DNA of 64,000 bases from an uncultured candidatus Porisulfidus sp. (GTDB lineage: Bacteria > Pseudomonadota > Gammaproteobacteria > Poriferisulfidales > Poriferisulfidaceae): NCBI GenBank assembly GCA_958431155.1, contig OY288106.1, forward strand, positions 1,197,888-1,261,887, read 5' to 3'. Of the stretch, positions 30,506 through 42,249 are shown in pieces. Within the stretch, counting starts at the first letter, position 1. Each line of letters begins with the position of its first letter. The position numbers were made by a program, and so were the translations under genes. The notes below the pieces were generated by a model that was given only the letters and a program-made list of their open reading frames with translations, had not been told where the DNA came from and made no database searches.

Positions 30506-30813
30506 ATCCGGTTCGCGGGAAATTTCCCGCCCCCTTCGAACCCGAAAAGATCGCCTCAGACTGGCGTCAGCGCGGTTTCTCCTGCGGAACATTCGAAGAC
30601 CCTCCGGGACGGGCTTGGCGAGACTATACACACGACTGCAACGAACTGATTATGGTCGTGGAAGGCCGGCTGCAATTGACCCTGAAAGGCGTCGACATGA
30701 TCCTGGAGCCCGGCGACGAAGCCTTCATCCCACGACGTTGCCTGCACTCTGTCGTCAATCTCGCCCCGACCCGTACGGTCTGGCTGTATGGCTACGACAG
30801 TCCGGGCGTCTGA
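30502..30813 (+). CDS. Cupin-domain protein
   Basis: 103 aa. ELIMVVEGRLQLTLKGVDMILEPGDEAFIPRRCLHSVVN is the cupin-2 barrel motif (G.....G.......GD...IP....H). ATGA overlap with the preceding ORF. Confidence 0.55.
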   Translation: MNPVRGKFPAPFEPEKIASDWRQRGFSCGTFEDPPGRAWRDYTHDCNELIMVVEGRLQLTLKGVDMILEPGDEAFIPRRCLHSVVNLAPTRTVWLYGYDSPGV

Positions 30814-31331
30814 TCAAGCCACTCGACAATGTTTTCGCAGGCTGTGCGCACCGTCAGGCCATCCATATTGACCTGGTAATCACACAACTCTCGATATAAA
30901 GGCTCGCGCTCGCTGGACAACCGCTTCAATATCTCCTCCGGGTCTCCATCCTGCAATAGCGGGCGGGTGCGATCCGCACGCAAGTGCCGCAATTGAGCAT
31001 CCAGCGGTACACGGAGGTAGATCACTGTGCCGCGCGAAGCCAAGAGACGGCGATTGTCCGCATCCAGAACGGCACCCCCGCCGGTTGCCAGAACAATATT
31101 TTTTTGTTGTGCCAACTCCGCAATGACTTCACGTTCCCGGCGGCGGAATCCTTGCTCTCCCTCGCGCTCGAATATCTCTGAAACCGTCACGCCGGTCCGC
31201 TCTTGCAATACCGCGTCGCTATCGAAAAATTCCCGCCCCATCGCTTTCGCCAGCAGGGAACCGACCGTTGTTTTTCCCGCACCCATCGGGCCGATCAAAA
31301 ACACATTGGAAGGATGAACAGGTACAACCAT
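30792..31331 (-). CDS. aroK: Shikimate kinase
   Basis: NVFLIGPMGAGKTTVGSLLAKAMGREFFDSD...TGGG are AroK Walker A and conserved motifs; 179 aa. Confidence 0.95.
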   Translation of the reverse strand: MVVPVHPSNVFLIGPMGAGKTTVGSLLAKAMGREFFDSDAVLQERTGVTVSEIFEREGEQGFRRREREVIAELAQQKNIVLATGGGAVLDADNRRLLASRGTVIYLRVPLDAQLRHLRADRTRPLLQDGDPEEILKRLSSEREPLYRELCDYQVNMDGLTVRTACENIVEWLDQTPGLS

Positions 31332-31392
31332 GAAACACCCTGATAATCAAAGCCACACTATACTGTAGTCCTGCCCGAACAACGGCCCTGGC

Positions 31393-33792
31393 ATGAACAT
31401 CACCCGTCGCCTTCTGAGACTCATCGCCTTGGGGGTAATGCCGATCTCGCTCGCCGTGCTCGGAGCCTATCTCTACATCCAGCCCAGCATGCCAACGGTC
31501 CAGGAACTTCGCGATGTTCACCTGCAAACCCCGCTTCGCGTGTACTCCCAAGATGGTGCACTGCTCGCGGTGTACGGCACCAAGCGCCGCATTCCCGTCA
31601 GTCTGGATGAGATTCCGCTACCAATGCGGCAGGCTTTCATCGCATCTGAAGATGCTCGTTTTGAACAACATTTCGGAGTGGACCTGCGGGCCTTAGTGCG
31701 GGCCGCCGTGGATCTTGCGCGCAGCGGACGGATCCGCCAAGGCGGCAGCACCATCACCATGCAATTGGCCCGTAATTTCTACCTGACCCGGCAACGCCAC
31801 TTCATTCGAAAACTACGAGAAATTTTTCTCGCCCTGCGCATCGAACAGGAACTCAGCAAGAATGAGATTCTGGCGCTTTACCTGAACAAGATCTTTCTTG
31901 GACATCGGGCTTACGGCGTGGGGGCGGCGGCCGAGGTGTACTACGACGCCTCCCCCCGACATCTGACATTGGCTCAGATGGCAACTATCGCCGGTCTGCC
32001 CAAGGCACCCTCAACCCTCAACCCGGTCACCAACCCTGACGCGTCCCGCGCACGTCGGCGCTACGTGCTGGATCGCATGTTGCAGGACGGGCATATCACG
32101 AGCGCGCAGTACCGAGAAGCCGTTGAGGCCCCGGTTACCGCACGGCTGGGCCATTCCCGCGGGCAGTCTTCGGCACCCTATGTGGGAGAAATGGTTCGGG
32201 CCGAAATGGTGGAGCGGTTCGGAACGGAGGCCTACACCGGAGGCTATACGGTTTACTTGACCATACGCGACGATTTGCAAACCGCGGCCCGCCAAGCCGT
32301 GCGAAAAGCATTGATCCGCTACGACCTGCGCCACGGCTGGCGTGGCGCGGAAAATCGCCTCACACCGCTTCCGGAAAGTAAGCAGGAGCTCGACCAAGTC
32401 CTGAGCAATACCCCGGCTCGGGGAGGTTTCAAAAACGGCATCGTGATACACGCCGGCCCCGAGGCCGCCCATGTGTATCTCGGCAACAATCGTTGGGCGG
32501 AACTCACTCTCGACGAAATCCTCTGGGCGCGGCCGATGGAACATGTCGACCGACGCGGGCCTGCGCCTGGGACAACTTCGGATGTGCTGCACCCGGGCGA
32601 TATCGTTCACTTGGTGTTCGAAGACAATGTCTGGCGATTGCGCCAGATTCCGGAGGCTTCCGGCGCACTGGTTGCACTGGACCCGGTTGATGGTGCAATC
32701 CGGGCATTGACCGGCGGCTTCGACTTCGCCTTGAGCAAATTCAATCGCGCGACCCAAGCGCGCCGCCAGCCGGGCTCCAGCTTCAAGCCATTCCTTTATA
32801 CCGCTGCCCTAGCCAAGGGGTATACCCCGGGCACGCTGATCAACGACGCGCCCGTCGTCTACCACGACCAAGGCATCGAGGGAGCTTGGCGTCCTGCCAA
32901 CTACAGTGGACGATTCTACGGACCGACTCGTCTTCGCGAGGCGCTGACTTATTCCCGGAACGTGGTTTCGATTCGAATGCTTGACGACATCGGAAGTGAT
33001 TATGCACGTCACTACGTGGAACGGTTCGGTTTTGATGCCGAAACCCTCCCCGACAACCTGACCCTGGCGCTGGGCTCAGGCGAAGTAGTGTTGCTGCAAA
33101 TGGTGACGGCATTCGCGATCTTCGCCAATGGCGGCTACCAGGTAAAGCCTTACCTGATCGAACGCATTGAGAGTCGAACGGGAGAACTGGTTTATGCGGC
33201 CAGCCCTCGTAAGGTCTGCAACGATGCGTGCCAAAGGCGAGCTTTATCGTCACTGTCGGCCCCCGATCAAGAAATGCCCGCCTTAATGCCGGAGAATGCT
33301 GCCCCACGCGTGCTTGACAAGCGGATCCACTATCAGATCGTCAGCATGCTGCAGGATGTGGTCCGGTTCGGAACTGCGCGGGCCGCGCTGGCACTGGAGC
33401 GCGGGGATCTGGCCGGGAAAACCGGTACCACGAACGATCAACGCGACGCCTGGTTCAGCGGATTCAATTCCGGCCTCGTGGCCACCACTTGGGTCGGGCG
33501 GGATGATTATGGGAAACTCGGTCGCCGTGAAGTCGGCGGTACGGCGGCACTGCCCATGTGGGTCGACTTCATGAAAGTGGCTCTGGCCGACTTGCCGGAA
33601 AAGCCTCTTTCCATTCCCCCGGGCATCGTTCAGGTGCGCATTGACCCCAAAAACGGCCTGCTCGCTCGGCCTGACAGCACGAACAGTATTGTGGAAACCT
33701 TCCGAGAAGAACGCATACCAGATCGTTTGTCGGAAGAAACCAATCTGATGCCTGGGGATGGCGGAGCTGATATGCCGGAACAACTGTTCTAG
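31393..33792 (+). CDS. mrcA: Penicillin-binding protein 1A, bifunctional transglycosylase/transpeptidase
   Basis: 799 aa. GT51 motifs (EDARFEQHFGVD, GGSTITMQLARN, RKLREIFLALRIEQELSKNEILALYLNKIFLG), then SSFKP and KTGT transpeptidase motifs. Confidence 0.95.
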   Translation: MNITRRLLRLIALGVMPISLAVLGAYLYIQPSMPTVQELRDVHLQTPLRVYSQDGALLAVYGTKRRIPVSLDEIPLPMRQAFIASEDARFEQHFGVDLRALVRAAVDLARSGRIRQGGSTITMQLARNFYLTRQRHFIRKLREIFLALRIEQELSKNEILALYLNKIFLGHRAYGVGAAAEVYYDASPRHLTLAQMATIAGLPKAPSTLNPVTNPDASRARRRYVLDRMLQDGHITSAQYREAVEAPVTARLGHSRGQSSAPYVGEMVRAEMVERFGTEAYTGGYTVYLTIRDDLQTAARQAVRKALIRYDLRHGWRGAENRLTPLPESKQELDQVLSNTPARGGFKNGIVIHAGPEAAHVYLGNNRWAELTLDEILWARPMEHVDRRGPAPGTTSDVLHPGDIVHLVFEDNVWRLRQIPEASGALVALDPVDGAIRALTGGFDFALSKFNRATQARRQPGSSFKPFLYTAALAKGYTPGTLINDAPVVYHDQGIEGAWRPANYSGRFYGPTRLREALTYSRNVVSIRMLDDIGSDYARHYVERFGFDAETLPDNLTLALGSGEVVLLQMVTAFAIFANGGYQVKPYLIERIESRTGELVYAASPRKVCNDACQRRALSSLSAPDQEMPALMPENAAPRVLDKRIHYQIVSMLQDVVRFGTARAALALERGDLAGKTGTTNDQRDAWFSGFNSGLVATTWVGRDDYGKLGRREVGGTAALPMWVDFMKVALADLPEKPLSIPPGIVQVRIDPKNGLLARPDSTNSIVETFREERIPDRLSEETNLMPGDGGADMPEQLF

Positions 33793-33895
33793 TTCCCGGT
33801 GAACGATTCATGCCAGGGTTTGATCATCTCGTCTGTCCACACGCTATCGCTTGATTTTCTGGCGAGTTCTTCTTCTTTCTGCGAGGCCATCAAAA

Positions 33896-34423
33896 ATGAA
33901 CCGCAATTTAATTCTTCTGATCGCCGCCGGCGCGCTCGGCATCATCCTTTTGTCCTTTGACATGAATCAGGGCTCTTTCCTTGGAATGACTCCACCCGTA
34001 CCGGCTGACGCCGAAAGCCATGCGGAAAATCCCGATGCAGAACGAGCCAAGGCAATGGTCGCCCGAGCCCTGGAATACATGGATGAACACGACGCCCCTG
34101 CCCTGATCGAAAAAGTCAACGCAGGTGCTCCTGAATTTCACCAGGGTGAATTCTACGCGTTCGTCTTGGACAACACCGGGACCATCGTGGCTCACCCGAT
34201 CGATCCCAGTTGGGTCGGAGTGGATGACCAGACCGGTACGGATGCCGACGGCAATGCATTCCTCGCGAGAATGGCTGCGGCGGCAGCCGGCAACCCTGGC
34301 GGCAGCTGGTTTGAATACCGCTGGCCGAACCCGGTCACGGGGGAAGTCTCCACCAAATCCAGTTGGATCGTGATGCGCGACGGCCATGTCGTTGGGGTCG
34401 GCATCTATCTGGAGGAAAAGTAG
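33896..34423 (+). CDS. Periplasmic single-Cache (sCache-like) domain protein with no output domain
   Basis: Signal/TM start MNRNLILLIAAGALGIILL, then a Cache-like fold (FYAFVLDNTGTIVAHPIDPSWVGVDDQTGTDADGNAF...GGSWFEYRWPNPVTGEVSTKSSWIVMRDGHVVGVGIY). Confidence 0.6.
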   Translation: MNRNLILLIAAGALGIILLSFDMNQGSFLGMTPPVPADAESHAENPDAERAKAMVARALEYMDEHDAPALIEKVNAGAPEFHQGEFYAFVLDNTGTIVAHPIDPSWVGVDDQTGTDADGNAFLARMAAAAAGNPGGSWFEYRWPNPVTGEVSTKSSWIVMRDGHVVGVGIYLEEK

Positions 34424-34457
34424 GGAAATCGCGCAAATGCCCCGGTCGGCCGGAGGT

Positions 34458-35504
34458 TTAGGCTGAAACGGCGCTGAAGCGATGCACCTCGTCGATCAGG
34501 CAGGCGAGTTGGTCCGGGTCGATATCCGGCGTGATACCGTGTCCAAGGTTGAAGATGTGGCCTGGGTAAGGCCCGTAATTTTCCATTAGCGCGCGCGCGG
34601 CAGCGCGCAAATCCTCCTCGTCCTCACACAGGAGGGCGGGATCCAGGTTACCCTGTAACGCACAGGTTTGCCCGACCTCTTCGCGCGCAGCGCGAAGATT
34701 GACGGTTTCATCCAAGCCGATTGCTTCGCAACCGGTCTCGCTAACTTCGGTCAATTGCCCGCCGCCGCCACGGGCAAATATGATCCGTGGCACAACCGGC
34801 CCCAGTTTTTCCATGATGCGCTTGACCGGCTGGAGCGAGAAGCGAACATAGTCTTCGCCATCCAGAATGCCTCCCCAACTGTCGAAAATCATCACTACCG
34901 TGGCACCGGCATTAATCTGCGCCTCCAGATAGAGCGCGACGGAATCTGCCAGGATTGAAAGCAAATCATCAAGTTGCCCCGGCTCGGACCGAAGAAGTTC
35001 GATTATATGCCCGAAGTCGCTGCGGCTCCGGCCCTCGACCATGTAGGTGGCCAGCGTCCATGGACTACCGGCAAAGCCGATGACCGGGACTCGGCCTCCG
35101 ATCTCCCGAGACAGTAAGGACACGGCTTCATTGACATAGCGAAGCTCCTGATGCGGATCCGGGACCCCCAACGCCTTGATGTCGGCCGCGCTGCGGACCG
35201 GGCGTTCAAAATGCGGCCCGGCACCCTCCGAAAACCCGAGCCCCAGCCCCATCGCGTCCGGAATGGTCAGAATGTCGGAGAATACGATCGCCGCGTCCAA
35301 CGGGTAGCGGCGCATCGGCTGCAACGCCGCCTCGCAGGCATACTCGGGCGTGCGGCACAAATTAAGAAAGCTCCCGGCCTTCTCACGCAATTCGCGATAT
35401 TCCGGAAGGTAGCGCCCGGCCTGACGCATAATCCATATGGGTGTGCGGTCAGTCGGTTGCCGCCGCAGAGCGCGGAGAAACCGGTCGTTTTCCGGGACCG
35501 CCAT
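34458..35504 (-). CDS. hemE: Uroporphyrinogen decarboxylase
   Basis: FLRALRRQPTDRTPIWIMRQAGRYLPEYRELR...AIVFSDIL is canonical HemE. Confidence 0.95.
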   Translation of the reverse strand: MAVPENDRFLRALRRQPTDRTPIWIMRQAGRYLPEYRELREKAGSFLNLCRTPEYACEAALQPMRRYPLDAAIVFSDILTIPDAMGLGLGFSEGAGPHFERPVRSAADIKALGVPDPHQELRYVNEAVSLLSREIGGRVPVIGFAGSPWTLATYMVEGRSRSDFGHIIELLRSEPGQLDDLLSILADSVALYLEAQINAGATVVMIFDSWGGILDGEDYVRFSLQPVKRIMEKLGPVVPRIIFARGGGGQLTEVSETGCEAIGLDETVNLRAAREEVGQTCALQGNLDPALLCEDEEDLRAAARALMENYGPYPGHIFNLGHGITPDIDPDQLACLIDEVHRFSAVSA

Positions 35505-35511
35505 CGGGGCC

Positions 35512-36966
<1,455 letters not shown>

Positions 36967-36971
36967 TCAAA

Positions 36972-37181
36972 TCAACGGTAACGCGGTCGTGATTGCTTGG
37001 ACAGACGTTTGGCGTTGCGCTTGACTGCTGCCGCTGCCTTACGCTTGCGCACTTCGGTCGGTTTCTCGTAGTACTCGCGGCGGCGAGCTTCCGAAAGCAC
37101 TCCTGACCGCTCGCAGGCACGCCGGAAACGACGGATCGCGACGTCAAAAGGCTCGTCTTCCTTGACTCGAATCCCAGGCAT
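36972..37181 (-). CDS. rpsU: 30S ribosomal protein S21
   Basis: [48 protein letters not shown] matches bS21. Confidence 0.95.
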   Translation of the reverse strand: MPGIRVKEDEPFDVAIRRFRRACERSGVLSEARRREYYEKPTEVRKRKAAAAVKRNAKRLSKQSRPRYR

Positions 37182-37372
37182 ATAAATTTATCAAATGGCC
37201 GAAAATGAAGTGTGTATTGTACATGGTAAGAGAGAAGCATACTGAAGCTGTGCAGGGTAAGGACATATTGGAACGTACCCCTCACTTGAGGTCTGCGTCC
37301 AGAGATCCTTGCCCAAACGCGGGATTTCCAAAACCCATGATAATAGTGTTACTGCTGTATTGACTTCGTTGA

Positions 37373-38419
37373 ATGCCCACGACTCAAACCACCCGGGTGC
37401 TTGGTATCGAGACTTCCTGCGATGAAACGGGAGTCGCGGTGTGGGACAGTGCGCGCGGACTGCTCGCCCATCAACTCTACAGCCAAGTCAAGACCCACCG
37501 GCAGTACGGCGGGGTCGTGCCGGAACTGGCCTCGCGTGATCACGTGCGTCGTCTGCCGCAATTGACCCTGGATGCCCTGGAAGAAGCCAACTGTCTGCCT
37601 GCGAGCCTAGATGCGATTGCCTACACGGCCGGACCCGGATTGATCGGCGCCTTAATGTCCGGCGCCTCATTTGCTTGCGCCATGGCTTACGCGCTTAATC
37701 GGCCTGCTCTTGCCATCCACCATATGGAAGCCCATCTTCTCGCCCCCCTGATGGACGAACCGGATTTTGCTCCTCCTTTCGCAGCATTGCTAGTCTCTGG
37801 CGGCCACACCCTGCTGATGCAGGTTGACCGGATCGGTCAATACACATGCCTTGGCCAAAGTATCGACGATGCCGTAGGCGAAGCCTTCGACAAGACCGCA
37901 CGCATTCTGGACCTTCCCTATCCGGGTGGCCCTGCCTTGGCGGAACTTGCGGAGCACGGAGACTCCGAATGTTTTCACTTCCCGCGTCCGATGCTGGACC
38001 GCGAAGGCTGCGACATGAGTTTCAGTGGGCTCAAGACCCACGCTCGCCGACTGGCCGAAGCCCATCCGGAAGATACCCAGGCGGCCGCAAACATCGCAGC
38101 CGGATTTCAGGAAGCGGTAGTCGATGTTTTAGTCGCCAAGTCTCAGCGGGCGCTTGAGCAAAGCGGATTGAATCATCTGGTAGTGGCAGGCGGAGTCGGT
38201 GCGAACCGGCGGTTGCGAACCCGGTTGGCAGAAACCTTGGAAAAAAATGGGCAACAGGCTCTTTGGCCTCCTTTCGAATACTGCACGGATAACGGAGCTA
38301 TGATTGCCTTTGCCGGTTCGTTGCGCCTGCAAGACCCCGCTGCACGCAGCGATCTGGAAATCCGGAGCCGGGCACGCTGGCCCTTGGAAGAACTCGCCCC
38401 CCCGCCCCACTTCGCCTGA
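37373..38419 (+). CDS. tsaD: tRNA N6-adenosine threonylcarbamoyltransferase
   Basis: RVLGIETSCDETGVAVWD...HHMEAHL...SGGHT. Classic divergent rpsU/tsaD arrangement. Confidence 0.95.
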   Translation: MPTTQTTRVLGIETSCDETGVAVWDSARGLLAHQLYSQVKTHRQYGGVVPELASRDHVRRLPQLTLDALEEANCLPASLDAIAYTAGPGLIGALMSGASFACAMAYALNRPALAIHHMEAHLLAPLMDEPDFAPPFAALLVSGGHTLLMQVDRIGQYTCLGQSIDDAVGEAFDKTARILDLPYPGGPALAELAEHGDSECFHFPRPMLDREGCDMSFSGLKTHARRLAEAHPEDTQAAANIAAGFQEAVVDVLVAKSQRALEQSGLNHLVVAGGVGANRRLRTRLAETLEKNGQQALWPPFEYCTDNGAMIAFAGSLRLQDPAARSDLEIRSRARWPLEELAPPPHFA

Positions 38420-38438
38420 GAGGGCACTCCGCACAACG

Positions 38439-38798
38439 TCAGATTTGTTGGTTCTTCGACCGATAACGGAAAAAGACGTAAACCGCCCAAGCCGGAAGGC
38501 TGAGGACGATCGCGTAGACCACGATGCCCAAAGGCCCGAGCAGTCCGCCAAGCAAAACTGCCAAAACCGTCGCGGGCGCCAATACGATGAACGTGGTCCA
38601 AGCTGTAACGGAGTGTCCGTCACACCGCAACGCTCGGCAGGCCAGTGCCAACGGAAGACCGAAAGGTGCCAAAACAATCAACGAAAGCCACGCTTGCGGT
38701 TCGATAAACAGGGGAAGCCCCTTGGATGCTGCCACAAGGAGGATGCCGAACGGCAACCATAACAGCGCGAGCAGGATGAAAGTGGGCAGGCGTTTCAA
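38439..38798 (-). CDS. Small integral membrane protein of unknown function
   Basis: 119 aa with four predicted TM helices; no recognisable motif. Confidence 0.45.
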   Translation of the reverse strand: MKRLPTFILLALLWLPFGILLVAASKGLPLFIEPQAWLSLIVLAPFGLPLALACRALRCDGHSVTAWTTFIVLAPATVLAVLLGGLLGPLGIVVYAIVLSLPAWAVYVFFRYRSKNQQI

Positions 38799-38824
38799 CC
38801 GTAACTTTCAGTCAGGACTCAGCC

Positions 38825-39379
38825 TTAGGTTCTGCTCCACTTGATCGAACAGCCCATGCTGGGGGTCTGCTCTTGAGGACCTTCACCGGTTTTTGCAACC
38901 TGAATCATCGCTTCGAACAAATCCCGTCTCGCGTCTGGAACCGGATGCATGCCGCTCTCGTCCAGGCGCCCGCGGTATTGCAGCTTCAACCCGGTGTTGT
39001 ATCCGAAGAAATCAGGCGTACATACTGCACCGTACGCCTGTGCCACCTGTTGTGATTCATCCAGCAGATAAGGAAACGGAAAATCGTATTCGCGCGCAAC
39101 CGCGATCATGTTGTCGAACGAATCCTCCGGATAATCGGTCGGATCGTTCGCCATGATGGCCACCGAATGGATGCCATGCGTACGCAGTTCGCCCGCGTCG
39201 CGCACGATCCGTTCCCGTACCGCCTTGACGTACGGGCAGTGATTGCAAATGAACATCACCAAGGTCCCGGCTTCACCACGACATTCCTCCAGCGACCACT
39301 CGCGCCCGTCGACTCCAGGCAGAATGAAATCAATCGCCGGCTGTCCGAAATCGCAGACCGGAGTGTGCTTAAGACTCAT
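38825..39379 (-). CDS. Thioredoxin-fold thiol-disulfide oxidoreductase (AhpC/TSA-like, 'thioredoxin family protein')
   Basis: LVMFICNHCPYV active-site CxxC in a thioredoxin-fold context; 184 aa. Confidence 0.65.
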   Translation of the reverse strand: MSLKHTPVCDFGQPAIDFILPGVDGREWSLEECRGEAGTLVMFICNHCPYVKAVRERIVRDAGELRTHGIHSVAIMANDPTDYPEDSFDNMIAVAREYDFPFPYLLDESQQVAQAYGAVCTPDFFGYNTGLKLQYRGRLDESGMHPVPDARRDLFEAMIQVAKTGEGPQEQTPSMGCSIKWSRT

Positions 39380-40146
39380 GCCCGTACATCTCGGAGCGCC
39401 TGCGACGCCGCCTGTGACAGAAACATTGCATCCACCCCAACACCCACCAGGGTGAATCCCATTTCGACGTACCGGGACACCGTGTCCGGAGCAATCCCAA
39501 AAATGCCCGGGACCCTGCCCGCCTCGCGGCAGACTCCCAATACTTCAGCAATGGACTCCTGCACAGCCGGATCATCTACTTGCCCCGGGATGCCCAGGCT
39601 GGTGGACAAGTCATAGGGTCCGATAAACAGCACGTCTACGCCCGCCACCGTCACCAGCTCCCGGATGTTGTCCACTGCGTCTTTGTGTTCGATCTGGATG
39701 ACTGTCAGCAACGCATCGTTCGCTTGCGCCAAGTAGTTCTCGAATTGCACCCCATAACGCTGTGCGCGCGCGATGCCGACCCCCCGTTCTCCTTGGGGAG
39801 GATACTTGGAGTAATTCACCACCTGCCTCGCCTGTGCGACCGTGTTGACCTGAGGGGCGATGATCCCGCTCGCCCCGACGTCCAGCATTTTCTCGATCCA
39901 AGCCTCTTCATGCACCGGAATCCTAACCAGACAAGGTGTCCTGTCCCCTGTCGCCTGGATGAGGGCCTCGACAGCCAGCGGATCATATGCGCCGTGCTCG
40001 GCATCGATGAACAACCAGTCGAATCCGGCATCACTCAGAATTTCCGCGACTTGAGGGCTGTTGAGACTGACAATCGTGCCCACCAGCACCTCACCGGAGC
40101 AAACCCGCCGACGGAAATTGTTCCCGCAGACCAGTGGGCCGCTCAC
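39376..40146 (-). CDS. HpcH/HpaI family aldolase (2-keto-3-deoxy-sugar acid aldolase)
   Basis: [35 protein letters not shown]...VRIP...[13 protein letters not shown]...[11 protein letters not shown] matches the HpcH/HpaI TIM-barrel aldolases. Confidence 0.8.
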   Translation of the reverse strand: MSGPLVCGNNFRRRVCSGEVLVGTIVSLNSPQVAEILSDAGFDWLFIDAEHGAYDPLAVEALIQATGDRTPCLVRIPVHEEAWIEKMLDVGASGIIAPQVNTVAQARQVVNYSKYPPQGERGVGIARAQRYGVQFENYLAQANDALLTVIQIEHKDAVDNIRELVTVAGVDVLFIGPYDLSTSLGIPGQVDDPAVQESIAEVLGVCREAGRVPGIFGIAPDTVSRYVEMGFTLVGVGVDAMFLSQAASQALRDVRA

Positions 40147-40796
40147 GGCAACATCTCCACGCCGTGATCGGTCCCGATCAGCAGTACATCTGCACCGCGC
40201 CGCGCGAACAGTCCGACCGTGACCACCCCGGGAATATCATTCAGGCTATCTTCCATTTTCGGAGGATCCAGAATTTCGAGGTTGTGGACATCCAGAATGC
40301 AGTTGCCGTGATCGGTCACGAAGCCTTCGCGCCACTCCGGCATGCCGCCATGCCGAACCAGTTCGCGCGCCACCATGGAACGCGCCATCGGAATGACTTC
40401 GACTGGCAAGGGAAAGGCGCCCAAACGGTCCACCTGCTTGCCGTCGTCGATGATACAGACGAAAGTCTCGCTGCACTCGGCAATGATTTTCTCGCCCGTC
40501 AGCGCGCCGCCGCCGCCCTTGATGAGGCTGCGGTGCCGTGTCGCTTCATCGGCTCCGTCCACGTACAGACGCAAAGGCCCGGCCGTGTTCAAATCCACCA
40601 CCGGGATGCCGATTTGGCGCAACCGTTCGGTGCTCGCCTGCGATGAAGAGACGGCGGCATCGATCTTGCTTTTGACGGAAGCCAGAGCGTCGATGAAGAA
40701 ATTGACCGTCGAACCCGTTCCGACTCCCAGCACCTCGCCCGGCTGAATATGATCCAAAGCGGCTTCTGCCGCTTTTTTCTTCTTATCGTCGTTCAT
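40143..40796 (-). CDS. rpiA: Ribose-5-phosphate isomerase A
   Basis: [32 protein letters not shown]...YVDGADE...[12 protein letters not shown] is canonical RpiA. Confidence 0.95.
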   Translation of the reverse strand: MNDDKKKKAAEAALDHIQPGEVLGVGTGSTVNFFIDALASVKSKIDAAVSSSQASTERLRQIGIPVVDLNTAGPLRLYVDGADEATRHRSLIKGGGGALTGEKIIAECSETFVCIIDDGKQVDRLGAFPLPVEVIPMARSMVARELVRHGGMPEWREGFVTDHGNCILDVHNLEILDPPKMEDSLNDIPGVVTVGLFARRGADVLLIGTDHGVEMLP

Positions 40797-40843
40797 CCCG
40801 GGAATCCTTATAATCGTTTTGCAAGTTTAACATTCGCGGTTCC

Positions 40844-41080
40844 ATGCCATATTTTGTTTTTCAGGTTGAAGGCGGCAATCCGGAAAGCCGTGTAATTAAT
40901 TTCCTGCAGGCCTTCGAGAACTACCGGGAGGCGCGCACACTTGCCCGGGAAGAGCGGGCAAAACAGCCCGATGCGGGCCCGGAAGCCGTCCGTGTCGTCT
41001 TCGCGGAATCCCAAGAACTGGCCGAGGGGCTACTGCGGCAAAGGCGCGAGGCCCCGATTCTTCAGGAATGGGAGAAATAA
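40844..41080 (+). CDS. Hypothetical small protein (78 aa)
   Basis: ORF only; divergent from rpiA; no recognisable motif. Confidence 0.3.
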   Translation: MPYFVFQVEGGNPESRVINFLQAFENYREARTLAREERAKQPDAGPEAVRVVFAESQELAEGLLRQRREAPILQEWEK

Positions 41081-41167
41081 GAGGCTTCGGCCGGTTATGG
41101 GAACTTCAGGGAATTGATGTTTTGTCCTGCTGGGGAGATTCGTCCATGGCCTGCCTGACGAAAACAC

Positions 41168-41608
41168 ATGGATGAAGTCCAGTACCGGGACACCTACCAC
41201 TCGGTCAACGAGCGACGGTGCCATTTCGAGAAAACCATCAACGCCCGTGTCTGCACCTGCCGCCACATGCAGCGATTCAACCTGGCGGATCGGGAAGGCG
41301 TCGGCTGCACGAACCCCGAGGCACACCGGAACTGCGCCGACTGGCTCCACGCCGTGCGTCAGGCATCGTGTTTTGCGCTGTCGCAACCTAAGCCCGTAGA
41401 TATCCTCCCACACCGCTTGGAGGCAAAGGTCCAAGCAGGCGGCCTGCTGGGCCTTGCCGAATTGATCAACGGCGGTGCCGGTGTCGACGACATCGCCAAC
41501 CTGTTGGGTCGCGCTATCGATCGCTATGGCAATGTGTCCGACATTCCCATGCCGGACATCGTGACGGCGGTGACAGAATATGAGCCGCGTCAACGAAAAA
41601 AACGATAA
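41168..41608 (+). CDS. Hypothetical Cys/His-rich protein (146 aa)
   Basis: ORF with several Cys/His (RRCHFEKTINARVCTCRHMQRF...GCTNPEAHRNCADWLH) that could bind metal. I do not recognise a family. Confidence 0.35.
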   Translation: MDEVQYRDTYHSVNERRCHFEKTINARVCTCRHMQRFNLADREGVGCTNPEAHRNCADWLHAVRQASCFALSQPKPVDILPHRLEAKVQAGGLLGLAELINGGAGVDDIANLLGRAIDRYGNVSDIPMPDIVTAVTEYEPRQRKKR

Positions 41609-41763
41609 GCGACAAAGTCTGAGTGCGGCCAGGCACCGAGCATGGTCTTGTAGGGCCAAACCATTTTCGGAAAATGTAATTGAATTAATTGTATTGTCAA
41701 TAATTATTGATTTATGTCATTCTTTTTGATAATATCATAAAATCAGTTCGGAATCTGTTTATT

Positions 41764-42249
41764 ATGGATAAACCCACGCAGGCTAATCCTGTCGCGATGA
41801 GACGCGTAGCGGAAGGATTACCCACGATATCGGCCAAAATACGAGCTCTGGACGCCGCAGGATACGCTTGTGCAGATATTGCCAGATTCCTGAACCGGCG
41901 ATACCAGCACGTGCGCAACGTTCTGGTACAGCAACCCCTGAAATCCAAATCCAGCCAGATGGACTCCAACGCACCCGCCACACCCGGAGATATTGAACCT
42001 AAAACCCTGCAGGTCGCCCAGAACGGCCGCGTCGTGATTCCTGCCGAAATGCGCTCGGCCATGTTGATCGATGCAACAGGTTATGTCACGGCACGTGTCG
42101 TTGAAGGTGAATTGAGAATTCTCAGCCCCAAGTCCGCGCTCCTGAAAGCGCAGAAGATGGTTCGGGAGAAAACTTCCGGAATCACATCGCTGGCCGATGA
42201 GTTGATTGCCGAAAGACGTGCCGAAGCGCAACACGAGGCTGATGGATGA
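41764..42249 (+). CDS. vapB: VapB-type antitoxin: SpoVT/AbrB-fold DNA-binding domain with an N-terminal HTH-like extension
   Basis: LQVAQNGRVVIPAEMRSAMLIDATGYVTARVVEGELRI is an AbrB/MazE swapped-hairpin motif. A 4-bp ATGA overlap with the downstream PIN gene follows. Preceded by an AT-rich spacer. The start could be earlier, at 41707. Confidence 0.7.
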   Translation: MDKPTQANPVAMRRVAEGLPTISAKIRALDAAGYACADIARFLNRRYQHVRNVLVQQPLKSKSSQMDSNAPATPGDIEPKTLQVAQNGRVVIPAEMRSAMLIDATGYVTARVVEGELRILSPKSALLKAQKMVREKTSGITSLADELIAERRAEAQHEADG

